A DNA stretch of 64,000 nucleotides from Paragordius varius (Eukaryota > Animalia > Nematomorpha). The stretch's first letter is position 1; each line of letters opens with the position of its first letter. The stretch is from NCBI GenBank assembly GCA_964247055.1, contig OZ176059.1, forward strand, positions 2,170,001 through 2,234,000. The letters run 5' to 3'. The notes under the pieces were generated by a model that saw nothing but the letters and a program-made list of their open reading frames with translations, had not been told where the DNA came from and searched no databases. The translations under genes and the position numbers were made by a program. This document shows, in pieces, positions 39,710-52,876 of the stretch.

Positions 39710-39898
39710 CTGACGACATAAATTTACAAAATCTGCTGTCACATACTGGCGAAGATGGCGCTTTATTCACCGAGGAGTTTTTACGTAAACTCGTGACGAG
39801 CGTTGGCCAATTACGGTCCAGGTATGAGCACATGTGTGAGGAGTCACGTGCTCATCGCAGGAAACAGGCGTTAACACACATTAAATGTTTGGAGAAAG
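39710..39898 (+). CDS. CEP135: CEP135-like exon 8 (GC-rich)
   Basis: tag|(A)DDINLQNLLSH..EEFLRKLVTSVGQLRSRYEHMCEE..CLEK|gt; phase 1-1. Confidence 0.68.
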
Positions 39899-40617
39899 GT
39901 TAATTTTATTGAAATTAAAATTTATTTTTTCTTTAAAATTATTTTTAGATTTGTATCTATTTTATAAGAAGTTTATAAATTTATTTTAAATTCATTTGAT
40001 TTTTTTATGGATCTAAAATAATATTATTATATAATATATATTCCTTTTTTACTTATAAAGCTAAGATTTTAATACCTTTAATATATGTTATATAAATTTT
40101 ACAAACACACACATTTTTAAACAGTAACAAGAATTATTAATGGCAATTTTGGTATTTTATTTGGTTAAAAGGGAAAGTCGTATTTAATTTATATATCAGG
40201 GGCGCTATTCAAAACAAGATTTATATTTTTATTTAAATATTGCATATTAATTAAAATTTTGGAGCGTGGGCAATAATGTATATTATATAGAATATAATAT
40301 AAATAGTTTTTAGAATTTACAGAAAATATATTTAATTATAAATTAACTGGTGAGAAGATCGCCGTAAAATAATAAATTAAAATAAAACTAATATACTAGT
40401 TTAAAAATTGTTTTTTATATATATTTTTACCATGTTTTATTTTCATAGTTCAAAGAAAAAATATCGTTTCTTTAAAGCCTCCGTAAAAATGTGACATATT
40501 TTTCAATACACTGAAAAAATTTTACTTATTTAATAGAACGTTTCTAAATTGAAGTTTTTTTTCGAGAGAGATAAATTATTAAATTTTTTATATTAATTTC
40601 ATATTTTCTATGTTATA

Positions 40618-41051
40618 CCATTTACAATTCAAATTCATCCTCGAACAACTTAATTTCGCCTTGAAAAATTCAAATTCACCCTCGAACAATTCAACACCCT
40701 AAACGGCCCAATATAACTCATTATAAATAAGAAATATAATTTTATCGCATAGTTAATTATTTTTTCAGTATTATATTAGGTTTAAACGTATTTTTTTTAA
40801 TTATATAAAATAATATAGGTAATTTTTAATCTTAAAAAAACAAATTTATTTTTTAGGGTGAATTTGAATTGTTCAAGGGTGAATTTGAATTGTTCAAGGG
40901 TGAATTTGAATTATTCAAGGGTAAATTTGAATTGTTCAAGGGTGAATTTGAATTGTTCAAGGGTGATTTTGAATTGTTCAGGGGCGAATTTGAATTGTAA
41001 ATGGTATAGGGAAATTTGAATTGTTCAAGAGTGAATTTCAACTGTAAATGG
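40618..41051. mobile_element. MITE family A copy with duplicated right terminus
   Basis: TA|CCATTTACAATTC ... TGTAAATGG at ~41003 and again at 41051; source of the spurious NSNSPLN ORF. Confidence 0.82.
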
Positions 41052-41071
41052 TATATATATATATATGATAG

Positions 41072-41278
41072 AAAGTGAAAATTTATCGCTAAAGGAAAAG
41101 TTAGAAAAAACAAGCGTTCAAAAATTACTATCTGAGAATATTGAACCCAATGATAAAACTACGAATCCCGATTTAAAAGATGGGCCTACGTTAATACCAA
41201 GTGAACCGAATAAAAATCATGAAAATTTTGCAATGGAAAATACGGATGATAAAAATTTACAAGGAATTAAGAAAAAAG
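41072..41278 (+). CDS. CEP135: CEP135-like exon 9
   Basis: tag|(E)SENLSLKEKLEK..GIKKK|gttatt. Confidence 0.7.
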
Positions 41279-41495
41279 GTTATTAATTTATTTTAAATAA
41301 AAATAATTTAAATATTTAAATTTTATTTATTTTGTTTGTCATAAAAAATGATGGTTTTAGATATTTCTATTTTTATTAGTTTAATTATTTAGCTTATACT
41401 TAAAATAATAAAAAATTCGTAATCGATATGATATATATATTAAGGGTAAAAAAACATTAAACTTCTATTATCATGGTTTTAGCCTGATGTATATA

Positions 41496-43019
41496 CCATT
41501 TCCCAGTCTAAATAAACGTTTTCCCAGTCAATCGAAACATTTTCCCAGTCAATCGAAACGTTTTCCCAGTCAATCGAAACGTTTTCCCAGTCAATCGAAA
41601 CGTTTTCCCAGTCAATCGAAACATTTTCCCAGTCAATAGAAACATTTTCCCAGTCGATAAAAACATTTTCCCAATCAATAAAAACGTTTTCCCAGTCAAT
41701 AAAAACGGTTTTATTTTTGATGATAAATATCAAAACAAGACATAAAAATAACTTTTAACCATTATCAGCGTAATATTAGGATATTAATTTTTATAAAATC
41801 ACAATTATTTAATGACAATATTTCCTATATGTTCCAATACACAATCATTAATAATTTATTCTTTAAAAGCTATATTTTATTAACTGGAAGAATATTTTAT
41901 GGTTTTAAGTATTTTTAAGAAAATATTCAATAATTTTTTTATTTTATCGATGGTTCGCATTAATATTCGAGGCTAATTTTTAAAATCTATAGTTACGGAT
42001 AATAAAATTTATAAAAATATACCATTTTTATCTCAAATTAGTCATTTAACACTTCATATTGGGTCTTAAACATAGATTTCACCCTTTTTTTTGTATTTAT
42101 CATTTGGTTCATGGGAGCCCTAAGGCGGCCTTCAGAGTGTGTGGCCCGCGAAAAATTTGGAAATTCAATGCAAAAATTTGCCAACAAGATCTTAGTAAAA
42201 TTCATATTTCTTACGCTATTATTCTAAATGAGTCTATAAAATTGACAACGAATTAATAAATATATTGTGTATGTACTTTACAGTCTTATGTTTAGATCGA
42301 ATAAATTATTTATGAATGTATAAAATGCAAATTCGGAACGCCGTGCTTTTTGAGTTAAAAATGCGGCCCGCAAAGCCATTGTGTTAGAATATCCTTTTCT
42401 ATAAAATATTTTAAAATGAAAAACATATATAAAACCATGTTTTGTGCAAATTTTTTTCCGACAGTATTTTTTACACAATTCGACATGATTATGATCCAAT
42501 ATGAAGTGTTAAATGACCAATTTGAGATAAAAATGGTATATTTTATAAATTTTATTATCCGTAACTATAGACTTTAAAAGTTAGCCTCGAATATTAATGC
42601 GAACCATCGATAAAATAAAAAAATTATTGAATATTTTCTTAAAAATACTTAAAACCATAAAATATTCTTCCAGTTAATAAAATATAGCTTTTAAAGAATA
42701 AATTATTAATGATTGTGTATTGGAACATATAGGAAATATTGTCATTAAATAATTGTGATTTTATAAAAATTAATATCCTAATATTACGCTGATAATGGTT
42801 AAAAGTTATTTTTATGTCTTGTTTTGATATTTATCATCAAAAATAAAACCGTTTTTATTGACTGGGAAAACGTTTTTATTGATTGGGAAAATGTTTTTAT
42901 CGACTGGGAAAATGTTTCTATTGACTGGGAAAATGTTTCGATTGACTGGGAAAACGTTTCGATTGACTGGGAAAATGTTTCGATTGACTGGGAAAACGTT
43001 TATTTAGAGTGGGAAATGG
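41496..43019. mobile_element. 1.52-kb foldback element (family B), CCATTT termini, 21-bp repeats
   Basis: TA|CCATTTCCCAGTC ... GGGAAATGG|TA; arms ~41496-42066 and ~42494-43019; TTTTCCCAGTCAATCGAAACG repeats (9 vs 7 DWENV units in the mirror ORFs). Confidence 0.9.
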
Positions 43020-43176
43020 TATATAAAAATTAAAAGTTTTTGAATTACATAATGATATATGCAATATATCATTATTTTCAAACCAATTATTTTTATTATG
43101 TTAGTCTTAATTAAAAATAAATGATATTTTATTTTTAAACCTATAAATTTTTTTTCACAAATATATTCTTTTTTAG

Positions 43177-43449
43177 ACACTATCAGTAATAATAAACAAT
43201 TCCACTTCCCAACACCCCCTCATACAGGACTGGGTGAAAATACGCCCTCTACCCCTAATTCATCAGAAAATATTGCTATTGCTACTATAAATGACATTAA
43301 TATCCATAATAATTATAAAATTAATGAAAATGTCGAAAATCAACTAAAGCAAAAAGATAAAGAATTTGAACGCATAAACAAATTGTATAAACATAATTTG
43401 GAGGCGAAAACTAACCTAACATTCCGTGTAAATCAATTGTTGAAACATG
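43177..43449 (+). CDS. CEP135: CEP135-like exon 10
   Basis: tttag|(D)TISNNK..ENQLKQKDKEFERINKLYK..NQLLKH|gtcagt. Confidence 0.75.
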
Positions 43450-44325
43450 GTCAGTACGTTTTTTATTAATTATTAATTTATCTTTTTTTAAAAAAGAGTT
43501 TTAAAAACGCGATTTTTTTTGACTGTTTTAAAAGGCAAATTTTTGTATTTAAAAGTTACGTTTTTTATGCGATTTAATCTATTTTTAGTTTATCTAAACC
43601 TCATAGAGGGCAAATTTTTTTTCGTAATCAAATATAATAAAAATTTTTTCGTTTTATGATGTTTAAATGCAAACACATTTCCTCCTTAACTCACCTATTT
43701 TTATAATAAGTTAATGTTTTTAAATATATTTAAAACAATATTCAATTCGTCTATTAAAACAATAAAAAGTTAGCTATCAATTGAAAAAAAATGATTTTAA
43801 ATATAAAATGTTCGCGATTTGCATGTAAACATGTTGCCTTGATTGAAAATAAATAGGTTAATTCTGAATAAAAAGTAAGGTATTGTTTAATAATGTACTT
43901 ATGCTTAAATACCCTATACACTCTCTTTAAAATGATTAAAACTATTTTGGGCAAAAATATTTAATATTTTATAATTATATAAACAGACCCTTTTTTTGTT
44001 TCGAATTAAAAAATTTTTTTTCCGTACTAATATAATAATATATTTTATGTTGTCAATAATATATATATAACCAAAAAACAGGATTAATCTTGCTATTATT
44101 CACATTTTAACTTACGAATATATTTATTCATATTTTAAAAAATTTAATTTAAAAAAATATTATATTCCTTTCTAATCATTGACTTATTATTAATTATTAA
44201 ATCTTGATTGCAAAATACTTGTTTAATCAATTTTATTCTACATAATATAAAATTACTTATTTGAGGGGGAATATTTGTTAAAAAAAAATAATTTTTTTCA
44301 CTTATTTGTCCCCGAAAAAAATTAG

Positions 44326-44483
44326 AACGAGACTTGGTATCAGAACTTGAAAAGTTACATAGGAAAACATTTCTCCGTACAACAGGGTATAATAATACCC
44401 TACAAACTGCACTAAGGACAAAAAATGAAACAATTATACAGGATTTGGAAAAAGATCGAAATTTTTATCGTGATGAATATATG
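44326..44483 (+). CDS. CEP135: CEP135-like exon 11
   Basis: tag|(E)RDLVSELEKL..IIQDLEKDRNFYRDEYM|gtaaaa. Confidence 0.82.
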
Positions 44484-44607
44484 GTAAAACTTTACACATT
44501 TTTGACATTTTGACATTTTAGAGGAATTGTTTAAATTTTTGGACATAATTTTCTTTTTTTTGGGGGGGGGGGGGTCTAAGGTTGATTAACACTAATTTTA
44601 TATTGTG

Positions 44608-44939
44608 CAGTAAAATTCAGTTTAAGTTGGATTTATATACGGACAAAGCCTAAAAATATAAAGTCAAAATTTTTTTTTACTAAAAGACAACTATACATCT
44701 TAAATCTTGATTTTTTTTTAAATATAACTCATTGTTTGAAATTGTAAAGTATGAAATAGAGATACATAAAATATGAAATAGAGTTATATATATTACCAAC
44801 ACAATCAATTATATTTTTTACATTTGTAATTATTTAGTTAATATGAGAAATTTTAACGTTTTAAAAGTATGGTTGTCTTTTAAAAAAAAATTTTGTCTTT
44901 AGAAAAAATGTTTTGTCCGTATAAATTTAGTTTTTACTG
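44608..44939. mobile_element. MITE family C copy
   Basis: CAGTAAAA..TATACGGACAAAG ... TTTTGTCCGTATAAATTTAGTTTTTACTG|TA. Confidence 0.82.
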
Positions 44940-45245
44940 TAAAAAGTTTTATATCAAGTTAAGTAAACACATTGGACAAAAAGTGTAAAATTAATATTAT
45001 TTTGGTTGGTAAAAAGAAAATTATATATTAGTATCTTACCTTTATAAAAATAAATACAATTGTGGTGATATTTTAATCGTGCATTATGCAATCTCAGATT
45101 TTAGCTAAATTAGCAATATAAAATTTATACATATGGCCGTATATTAACCATATTTTTGATTGATAAAAAAATAATATTTTTTTACATGATATTATTTTGC
45201 ATTAAATACAATATTTTACATTATATATATATATATATATATAAG

Positions 45246-45465
45246 TATCTCCAAAAATATTTGGAACAATGGTTAAAAACGCCTTTGATGGAAATAGAAA
45301 AATCCCAACCTACTACCTTGGAAAATTTTGCTAGGAATAATAATGAGATTTCTCAAAAAATGTCATTGCATAATGATATTAAGACACCCTCAATATTGAC
45401 AACAACTGTATGTCACCCTAAAAACTATATTTCAACAAACTTGACTGATAATTTATTTTTATCAG
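45246..45465 (+). CDS. CEP135: CEP135-like exon 12
   Basis: aag|YLQKYLEQWLK..DNLFLS|gt; boundaries less certain. Confidence 0.65.
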
Positions 45466-45901
45466 GTTTTTTAAATGACTTTATAAATTATATATAGGTT
45501 TATATATATATATACCATTTACAATTTAAATTTAGCCTCGAACAATTCAAATTCACCCTCAAATAATTTATATGTTTTTTAAGATTAAAAATTACCTATA
45601 TTTTAATATATTTTTGAAAAAAAAAATTTTGTATTAAATAAAATATACTAAAAGAATAATAAACTATGCCATAGATATATTCGATATTAATAATGAGTTA
45701 TATTAGTTCGAAAACACATAATTAATTTTAAAATGAATTTTAATTGTTCAAGGGTTGAACTGTAAATAATAAATATATTTATATATATATATATATATAT
45801 AAATATATGATAAAATTGTTTTTTATGTGAAAGGAAAGCAATTATTATTTTTTAAACACCCCCGTTAAATTTAATTGATTTAATTTTTACATAATTTACG
45901 G

Positions 45902-45945
<44 letters not shown>

Positions 45946-46032
45946 ATTTTTTTTAGGTATTTTTTTTTTAATTATTTATAAACTTATTAATTACTTATAA
46001 ATATGTCTTAAATTTTATTTTTAACATTACAG

Positions 46033-46094
46033 ATATAAAGACGAGCGAACCTAAAATAGTCAATGTACCCAAAATCAAACATAGCACTTATAAG
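46033..46094 (+). CDS. CEP135: CEP135-like exon 13
   Basis: tacag|(D)IKTSEPKIVNVPKIKHSTYK|gtaata. Confidence 0.62.
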
Positions 46095-46665
46095 GTAATA
46101 TTATTTTAAATAATTTTAACTTTTATTTGTTTTGACCAATTTTATTAGTTTATTTGATTAATTTGCACAATAGAAAATTTATATTATGGTGACACCCTTA
46201 AAAAACATATTTATTAATAAAAAAAAGATAAATCTAAATACTTTGAAAAATCGCTAAGTTAATAATTATTTCAATTAATTTTCATGCAAAATTTCTATTT
46301 TATTTAATTACCCATATAATCATGATGGTGGTATGGTAATTTTATTTTTAAACCGTTTTTTTTGGAAATTGATAAAAGATAAATACCATAGATTTGAATT
46401 TCCGCTAAATTTTAGCGGTTAAACTACTAATTTTTTTCTATATATCGCTACATAAAATATAATTACGTTAGTTTTTATTATATCTTTTTTTCTAATTAAA
46501 ATTATCTAAAAGTCTAAAATTTTTATTTTTACCGACTACTTTAAAATTCACAATATTTATTGATCAAAACTGTTTAAATTAATTACATTTGTGAAATTCG
46601 ATAATTAGGTATATGCTATATATATCGAAAAAATGTTTTATTTAATTTTTAACTCTATGATAATA

Positions 46666-46955
46666 CAGTAAAACTGAAATTATACTATGGATAAAACGTA
46701 AAAATATAAAGACAAATATTTTTTTCTAAAAGACATGCATACTTTTAAATCATGTTTTTTATATACTCAATTGTAAACTGCAAACTTTGAAATTGATATA
46801 CAAATATATTGGTAACGCAATAATTATATATTTTAAAATTGTACTTGTATAATTCACATGAAAAAATTAAGGTTTAAAAAAGTATGATTGTCTTTTGAAA
46901 AAAATATTTATCTTTATATTTTTACGTTTTTTCCGTATAAATTAAATTTTCACTG
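46666..46955. mobile_element. MITE family C copy
   Basis: TA|CAGTAAAACTGAAATT ... TTTTCACTG|TA. Confidence 0.82.
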
Positions 46956-47008
46956 TAAATCCTCTTATTACACTGATGTAAATGGCACAAATGACTTCAT
47001 ATTCTTTA

Positions 47009-47048
<40 letters not shown>

Positions 47049-47301
47049 TAAAAAACAATTTCAATTTTTACAGTTTATTATTATATAAAAAATCCATTTT
47101 TACGATTATTATATAAAAAATATCTATTTTTTACAGATTCTTATATAAAAAAACCAATTAAATTTTAAATTATTTTATTAAAAATATCCATTTTTTACAG
47201 ATTCTTATATAAAAAAACCAATTAAATTTTAAATTATTTTATAAAAAATATCCATTTTTTCCTTTTTTTTCTTTTATTCAATAAATAAATTATAAAATTA
47301 G

Positions 47302-47427
47302 CCTGATGTGAATAGTACAGAAGAGTTTTCAGCTTTAGAACGTCTTATAATGGAGAGGGATGAATACATGTCACGTTGGAAACAGTGTGAACAGGAAAGG
47401 CTTAAAACATTACAATTATATAATGAG
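47302..47427 (+). CDS. CEP135: CEP135-like exon 14
   Basis: tag|PDVNSTEEFSALERLIMERDEYMSRWKQCEQERLKTLQLYNE|gt. Confidence 0.8.
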
Positions 47428-47449
47428 GTATATATATTATATATATATA

Positions 47450-47821
47450 CCATTTATAATTCGAATTCACCCTTGAACAATTCAAATTCACCCTTAAACA
47501 ATTTGAATTTACCCTTGAACAATTCAAATTCACCCTTGAACAATTCAAATTTAACCCTCGAATAAATCAAATTTGCCCTTTGAACAATTAAATCTATCCT
47601 CGAACACAATTTAAATTCACCCTAAATTCAGAGGATAATATAACTCAGCTTTAATATGAAATATATTATTATACGACATAGTTTATTATTTTTTCAGCAT
47701 TCCATTAATTTTAAACCAAATTTATATTATTTTTAAAAATATTATAAAATAAAGGTAATTTTTAATCTTAATATGAACACTTAATTTATTTTAGGATGGA
47801 TTTGAGTTTGTTTGAGGGTGA

Positions 47822-47826
<5 letters not shown>
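47450..47826. mobile_element. MITE family A copy with expanded left-end 21-mers
   Basis: Begins 22 nt after the exon-14 donor, within a (TA)n run. Confidence 0.78.
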
Positions 47827-47858
<32 letters not shown>

Positions 47859-48214
47859 CCAAATGTTCATTTATAGCGTGAAAGTTATATATATAATTTA
47901 ATTTATTTTGGATCAACGAAAATTTTGAAAACCTGTATTTTACTTTAAAACAATAAAGCCCATTGTCCCCTCCTTCCTATTATAGGATAAACCCTGTAAA
48001 TTTACACATTTCCAAGCTTAAATTAGGCCCTCCTTAGTTTTAAAAATTATAATTGTTTTAAATTATTGAACACAAGACAAGGTTGTACGTATTATATTAA
48101 ATGGTTAATGAGCAAAAAACTAGCTAAATAAATTTTTTTAAATTAAACATTTTTTGTTTTTTTTTAAATCTATTTGTAGTTATGAATGCGGAATAATTTT
48201 TGTAATTATCTAAA

Positions 48215-48255
<41 letters not shown>

Positions 48256-48301
48256 TAACTTATTGTTCTATTTATATAATATGTAATATTTTACTCGTTA
48301 G

Positions 48302-48385
48302 ATGTTTTCAAAAGTTTGCGAAAAACCACCCCAAGATGTAATAAATGGTAAAGATGAAACTTCAAGAGGAGGGAATGTGGAAACG
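48302..48385 (+). CDS. CEP135: CEP135-like exon 15
   Basis: tag|MFSKVCEKPPQDVINGKDETSRGGNVET|gtaaat. Confidence 0.62.
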
Positions 48386-49752
48386 GTAAATTGCTATATT
48401 AAATTTAATATAATATTTGCTTTTTAAATTGTTTTTAACCTTACTATAATTACAGTAAAAATTGAAATTATACGGAAGGACAAAACGTGAAAAAAATATA
48501 TAAAGACAAATATTGCTTTTCTAAACGACCAACCCCCTTACTTTTTTAAACGTTAAAATTTCTTATATTTCTTATATAATTAAAAATGTACAATATAAAA
48601 TTGATTGTGCTACCAAAATACATATATCTTTATTTCATACTTTGCAATTAACAATGAGTTATAATTAATAAAATAATAAGATTTAAAAGTTTTATTATGG
48701 TTATCTTTTAAAGCAAAAAATATTTTTCTTTATATTTTTAGGTTTTGTCCGTATAATTCCAATTTTTACTATAACAACACTAAAAGATATTTGGGTCAAA
48801 CTTTTTTTCCGACTGTATTAATAAAATTAACCATTTTTTACCCTAAAAATAAAATAAGTTATTAAAATAAATGTCAAAACTGATATAGACATTGGAATGT
48901 TAAATATGGTTATTTGCTTTTAAGCCATTCGTTTAATATGTTTTAGTTGATAATAAAAGCTATATGTTTATGCATGAATTTTTGTTCTCGAATTATTTTT
49001 TTTGACATAATTATCCCAACTAATTGAAATTATACTTAGCTTTATAAAATTTTTATTCTATCAATTTCTTTATTGAATAAAGTTATGTTTACTAAAATTT
49101 TAACCCCTAAAAAGTAATTTCTGATTCTCAATATATACTAGCTTTCGTATAAATACAATATACAATAAAAATTGGGATTATACGGACAAAATGTTAAAAT
49201 ATAAAGACAAGTGTTCTTTTTTAAAAGACAACCATGCTTTTTAAATCTTCTATTTTTTAATATAACCCATTGTTTTGAATTGCAAAAAACATAAGAGATG
49301 TATACTAGTAACACAATTAATTTATCTATTTTAAGATTGTAATTAAATGATTTTTATAGGATAAATTGAGGTTTATAAAGGTTTGTATGAAAAAAATATT
49401 TGTCTTTATATTTAACGTTTTGTCCATATAATTTCAATTTTTACTCTAAATATTGGAATTACATTTAATGACAAATGAATTTTAGAAAAAAACAACCATA
49501 TTTTTTTATAAAATTTAAATTGGTAACAGATTTAATTATATATTTTACATATTATAATGGGTTATTTTAAAAACAAGTTTAAAAAATAACTTATACGGAC
49601 AAAACATGAAATTACGACAAAAGTTTTTTTACTTCTAAAAGTCAATCATAAATTTTTTATCTTATATAACTCATTGTGTTTTAAACTCCTTAGTATAAAA
49701 TATAAATGTAAGATAAACCATTAATTATGTGTTTTTCCATTATGTATATATG

Positions 49753-49817
<65 letters not shown>

Positions 49818-49999
49818 TATATGTATATGTATGATTTTTGAAGGATTAATTAAGGTTTAAACAATATGGTTGTCTTTTCAAAAAAAATGTCTTTATAATT
49901 TACGTTTTGTCCGTATAATTTATTTTTACTATATATATATATATATATCATTTTTTACTCTATTTTTATTTTATTTATATTTTTTGTGTTTATAAATAG

Positions 50000-50126
50000 G
50001 AGGATAAAAAAGATACTAAAACAAGCCAGGATTTGGCTCAACAACAGAAAGAACTGTATGAAAAACAAATTAGAAATTTAATTTACATGTCCGAACTTTT
50101 ATGCAAAGAAAGATCTAATTTATTGG
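50000..50126 (+). CDS. CEP135: CEP135-like exon 16
   Basis: tag|EDKKDTKTSQDLAQQQKELYEKQIRNL..SNLL|gttagt. Confidence 0.72.
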
Positions 50127-50559
50127 GTTAGTATTTAAAATTAATATAAAATTTAATTATCCAACTAAAAATACCATTTTTTTAAAAAAAATACAATATT
50201 ATCTTTTTTAAACAAGAATATCTTGATTCAGTAAGTTTATGAATATATATACTATTTACAATATAATTTCACCCTTGAACACTTCAAATTCAACCTAAAA
50301 ATAAATTATGTGTTTTCGGGATAATATAACTATCATTCTTATGAAATATATTTTTCAGCATTTAATTAATTTTAAACAGAATTTCATACTCTAAAAATAT
50401 AATAGAATAAAGGTAATTATTAATCTTAAAAAGCACATAAATTATTTTAGGGAATTTTAATTGTTCGAGGGTGAATTTATACTGTTCAAGGGTAAATTTG
50501 AATTGTAAATGGTATATATATATATATATATATATATATTTGATATTATTAACATATAG

Positions 50560-50641
50560 CTAAACTCGCCTCACATAATCAATATGATGATGTGGATGGG
50601 CCAAGCGTCGCAAAAACTGTCAAGGATCAAAATCAAAAAAA
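50560..50641 (+). CDS. CEP135: CEP135-like exon 17
   Basis: tag|(A)KLASHNQYDDVDGPSVAKTVKDQNQK|gt. Confidence 0.6.
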
Positions 50642-51067
50642 GTTTTCGTTTTTTTTTCAATTTTATTTTATTAAAAAATATATAATTTACATATATATCT
50701 AAAATAAAATAAAATTTGCAACCAATTAGATAAATATATTAATTATTTGACGAAACTTTTTTAATATTTGATTAGAAATAGCCGATTTTACATTTTTTTT
50801 GAAAAAATAAAAAATAATTACTTGCACACTTTATCACTAAAAATAGTTGTTTCTTTTCAACCCAAATTTAGTTTTTTTCAAGATTTGAATATGCATTTTA
50901 TATACAAATTATTTTTCACCTTTTTTACAAAAGCTATTTTTTATCTAATATTAAGAATAATATGATAGTAGATTTCATATTTTAGATTTTATATAATTTT
51001 TTCGCCTAAAAAAAAGTTGAAAATTACAATAACCAATTATTTTTTGTTAATTGCTACACTATTATAG

Positions 51068-51248
51068 TGATTATCAAACATTATCCCCTCCAGTATTAAA
51101 TTTGGAGACTAAAATGACCAAATTAAAACCAACCAAAGCAGCTGTGATTGAAAATAAAGCCTTGTGTAAAAATTGTCAAGATTTAGTTTTACGGACTCAA
51201 TGTTTAGAAATTGAAAAAATTACGCTACAAAATGCTTTAAATGATAAA
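51068..51248 (+). CDS. CEP135: CEP135-like exon 18
   Basis: tag|DYQTLSPP..QCLEIEKITLQNALNDK|gt. Confidence 0.72.
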
Positions 51249-52060
51249 GTTTATATTAATATATTATATATACTATAGATTGATTATCAATTTGTGTTAA
51301 ATTTTATTAAGTTATTTAATTCTCTTAAAAGGTTATCTTATAAATGTGATTAAACTTAACTTTTTTTTTTAACACAAACAATTTTATTATAAAAATGTTT
51401 AAATTATGATAATTTTTAATAAGATTTATTATTAATTTCCGTATTTTAAGCTATAATCACATGATAAATTTTGTAACGCATTTGTAAGAAAAAAATATAA
51501 TTTTATTTTTATTCTAAAATTCATTCTTAATATTAAATTTAGAGCCTTTTATTTAAAACAGCATTGTATGCACAGTTTATTAATTTCCAATTTTTTCCAT
51601 ACACTACTGTTGTGTTGTGACTCTACTATAATGTGAAAAGCAACCATTAAAATGCATATTATGTATGAATCTTTTATAAATTTTATATGTCCTGGTTGTT
51701 TAATAACAAATACATAAGCTTTTTTTATATTTATAGAACAATTTATTGCAACTCTTTCACTTTTTTTAAAATAAGTTTTTTTGATGAACTTCTGCCTGAG
51801 GTTTTTCCACATGAATAAAAAAAATAGAGCAATCTTAAAAGACTTATATTTTTTCAAATAAGATATCCATACATTATTCTTAACTTATTGATTTGCAAAA
51901 TTATATGTTAAAAATGGTAACTATTTAATTTATACATTACAATAATCATGGCAAAAAAATAGTTTTTTTATAACGATTGTCTTTAAATTTTAGGTTTTGT
52001 CTTTATAATATTAATTTTTACGGTATGTTTCTCTATTAATACTCTATTATTTGATTATAG

Positions 52061-52145
52061 GAACGTACTATTGATTCATTACATAACACCTTAAGAAAAA
52101 TGGAAATACAAGTTGAAGCTTTAACTACACGGCTAGAAACTAAAG
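52061..52145 (+). CDS. CEP135: CEP135-like exon 19
   Basis: tag|ERTIDSLHNTLRKMEIQVEALTTRLETK|gt. Confidence 0.75.
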
Positions 52146-52220
52146 GTTTTCGATTAAATTAAAATATATCATATTTTCACTTGAAAAAATTTTTTTCCTA
52201 AATAAAATAAATGCATTTAT

Positions 52221-52260
<40 letters not shown>

Positions 52261-52745
52261 AGAGTAAGATTAAGGTATAATGGTTAAAAAAGTCTTAAAG
52301 CTGCAATATTAATTTCATATCCGATTTTTTAATATAGTGATTAGATTTTTGAAAAGGAGTTTCCATTTTTTAAAATTGTACATATAAAGTCGATATAATA
52401 ATATAATTGACTTTATCTCACTAATTGGGGACAATACCCTTATAATCAACTCTCATTGAATAAAAAACATTTTACAGTATAATTATACAAAACAAAACAA
52501 AATTGTAGAAAAATATTTTTTAAAAGGCAACAATATATTTAAGCTCATTTTTCCTACAAAAACCATATAAATCATAATAATAAAATAATTGATTCTGATA
52601 CCAAATTACATCCTTATTATTTATTTTGCAACTCGAAACAATGTGTTAATTTGAAACTTTTTTATATTATATCTCTTTTTTAATTTTGACTGTATAAAAT
52701 ACTTCAAACTATATTTTTATAATTTTAACTTTAATTCTTAAACAG

Positions 52746-52876
52746 AATGTAAATTGTTAAAAACTTCAAGCGATATAAATTTGGCCCAACAAAGATTTGA
52801 GCAAGAACGAGAAGCTATGATTGTTGAAAATAGATTATTACGCAAAGATTTAAAGGTCCTTACCAATGAACATAAA
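52746..52876 (+). CDS. CEP135: CEP135-like exon 20
   Basis: cag|(E)CKLLK..EREAMIVENRLLRKDLKVLTNEHK|gtaatt. Confidence 0.82.

Noticed and set aside
40853-41113. NSNSPLN-repeat ORF (also the tail of ORF 47308-47565)
   Set aside because: Translation of family A MITE 21-bp repeats.
41479-43033. DWENV-repeat ORFs (41479-41733, 41508-41699, 42824-43033) as repeat proteins or a CRISPR-like array
   Set aside because: They are translations of contiguous 21-bp units in the two arms of foldback element B; there are no unique spacers or cas genes, and the context is a eukaryotic intron.
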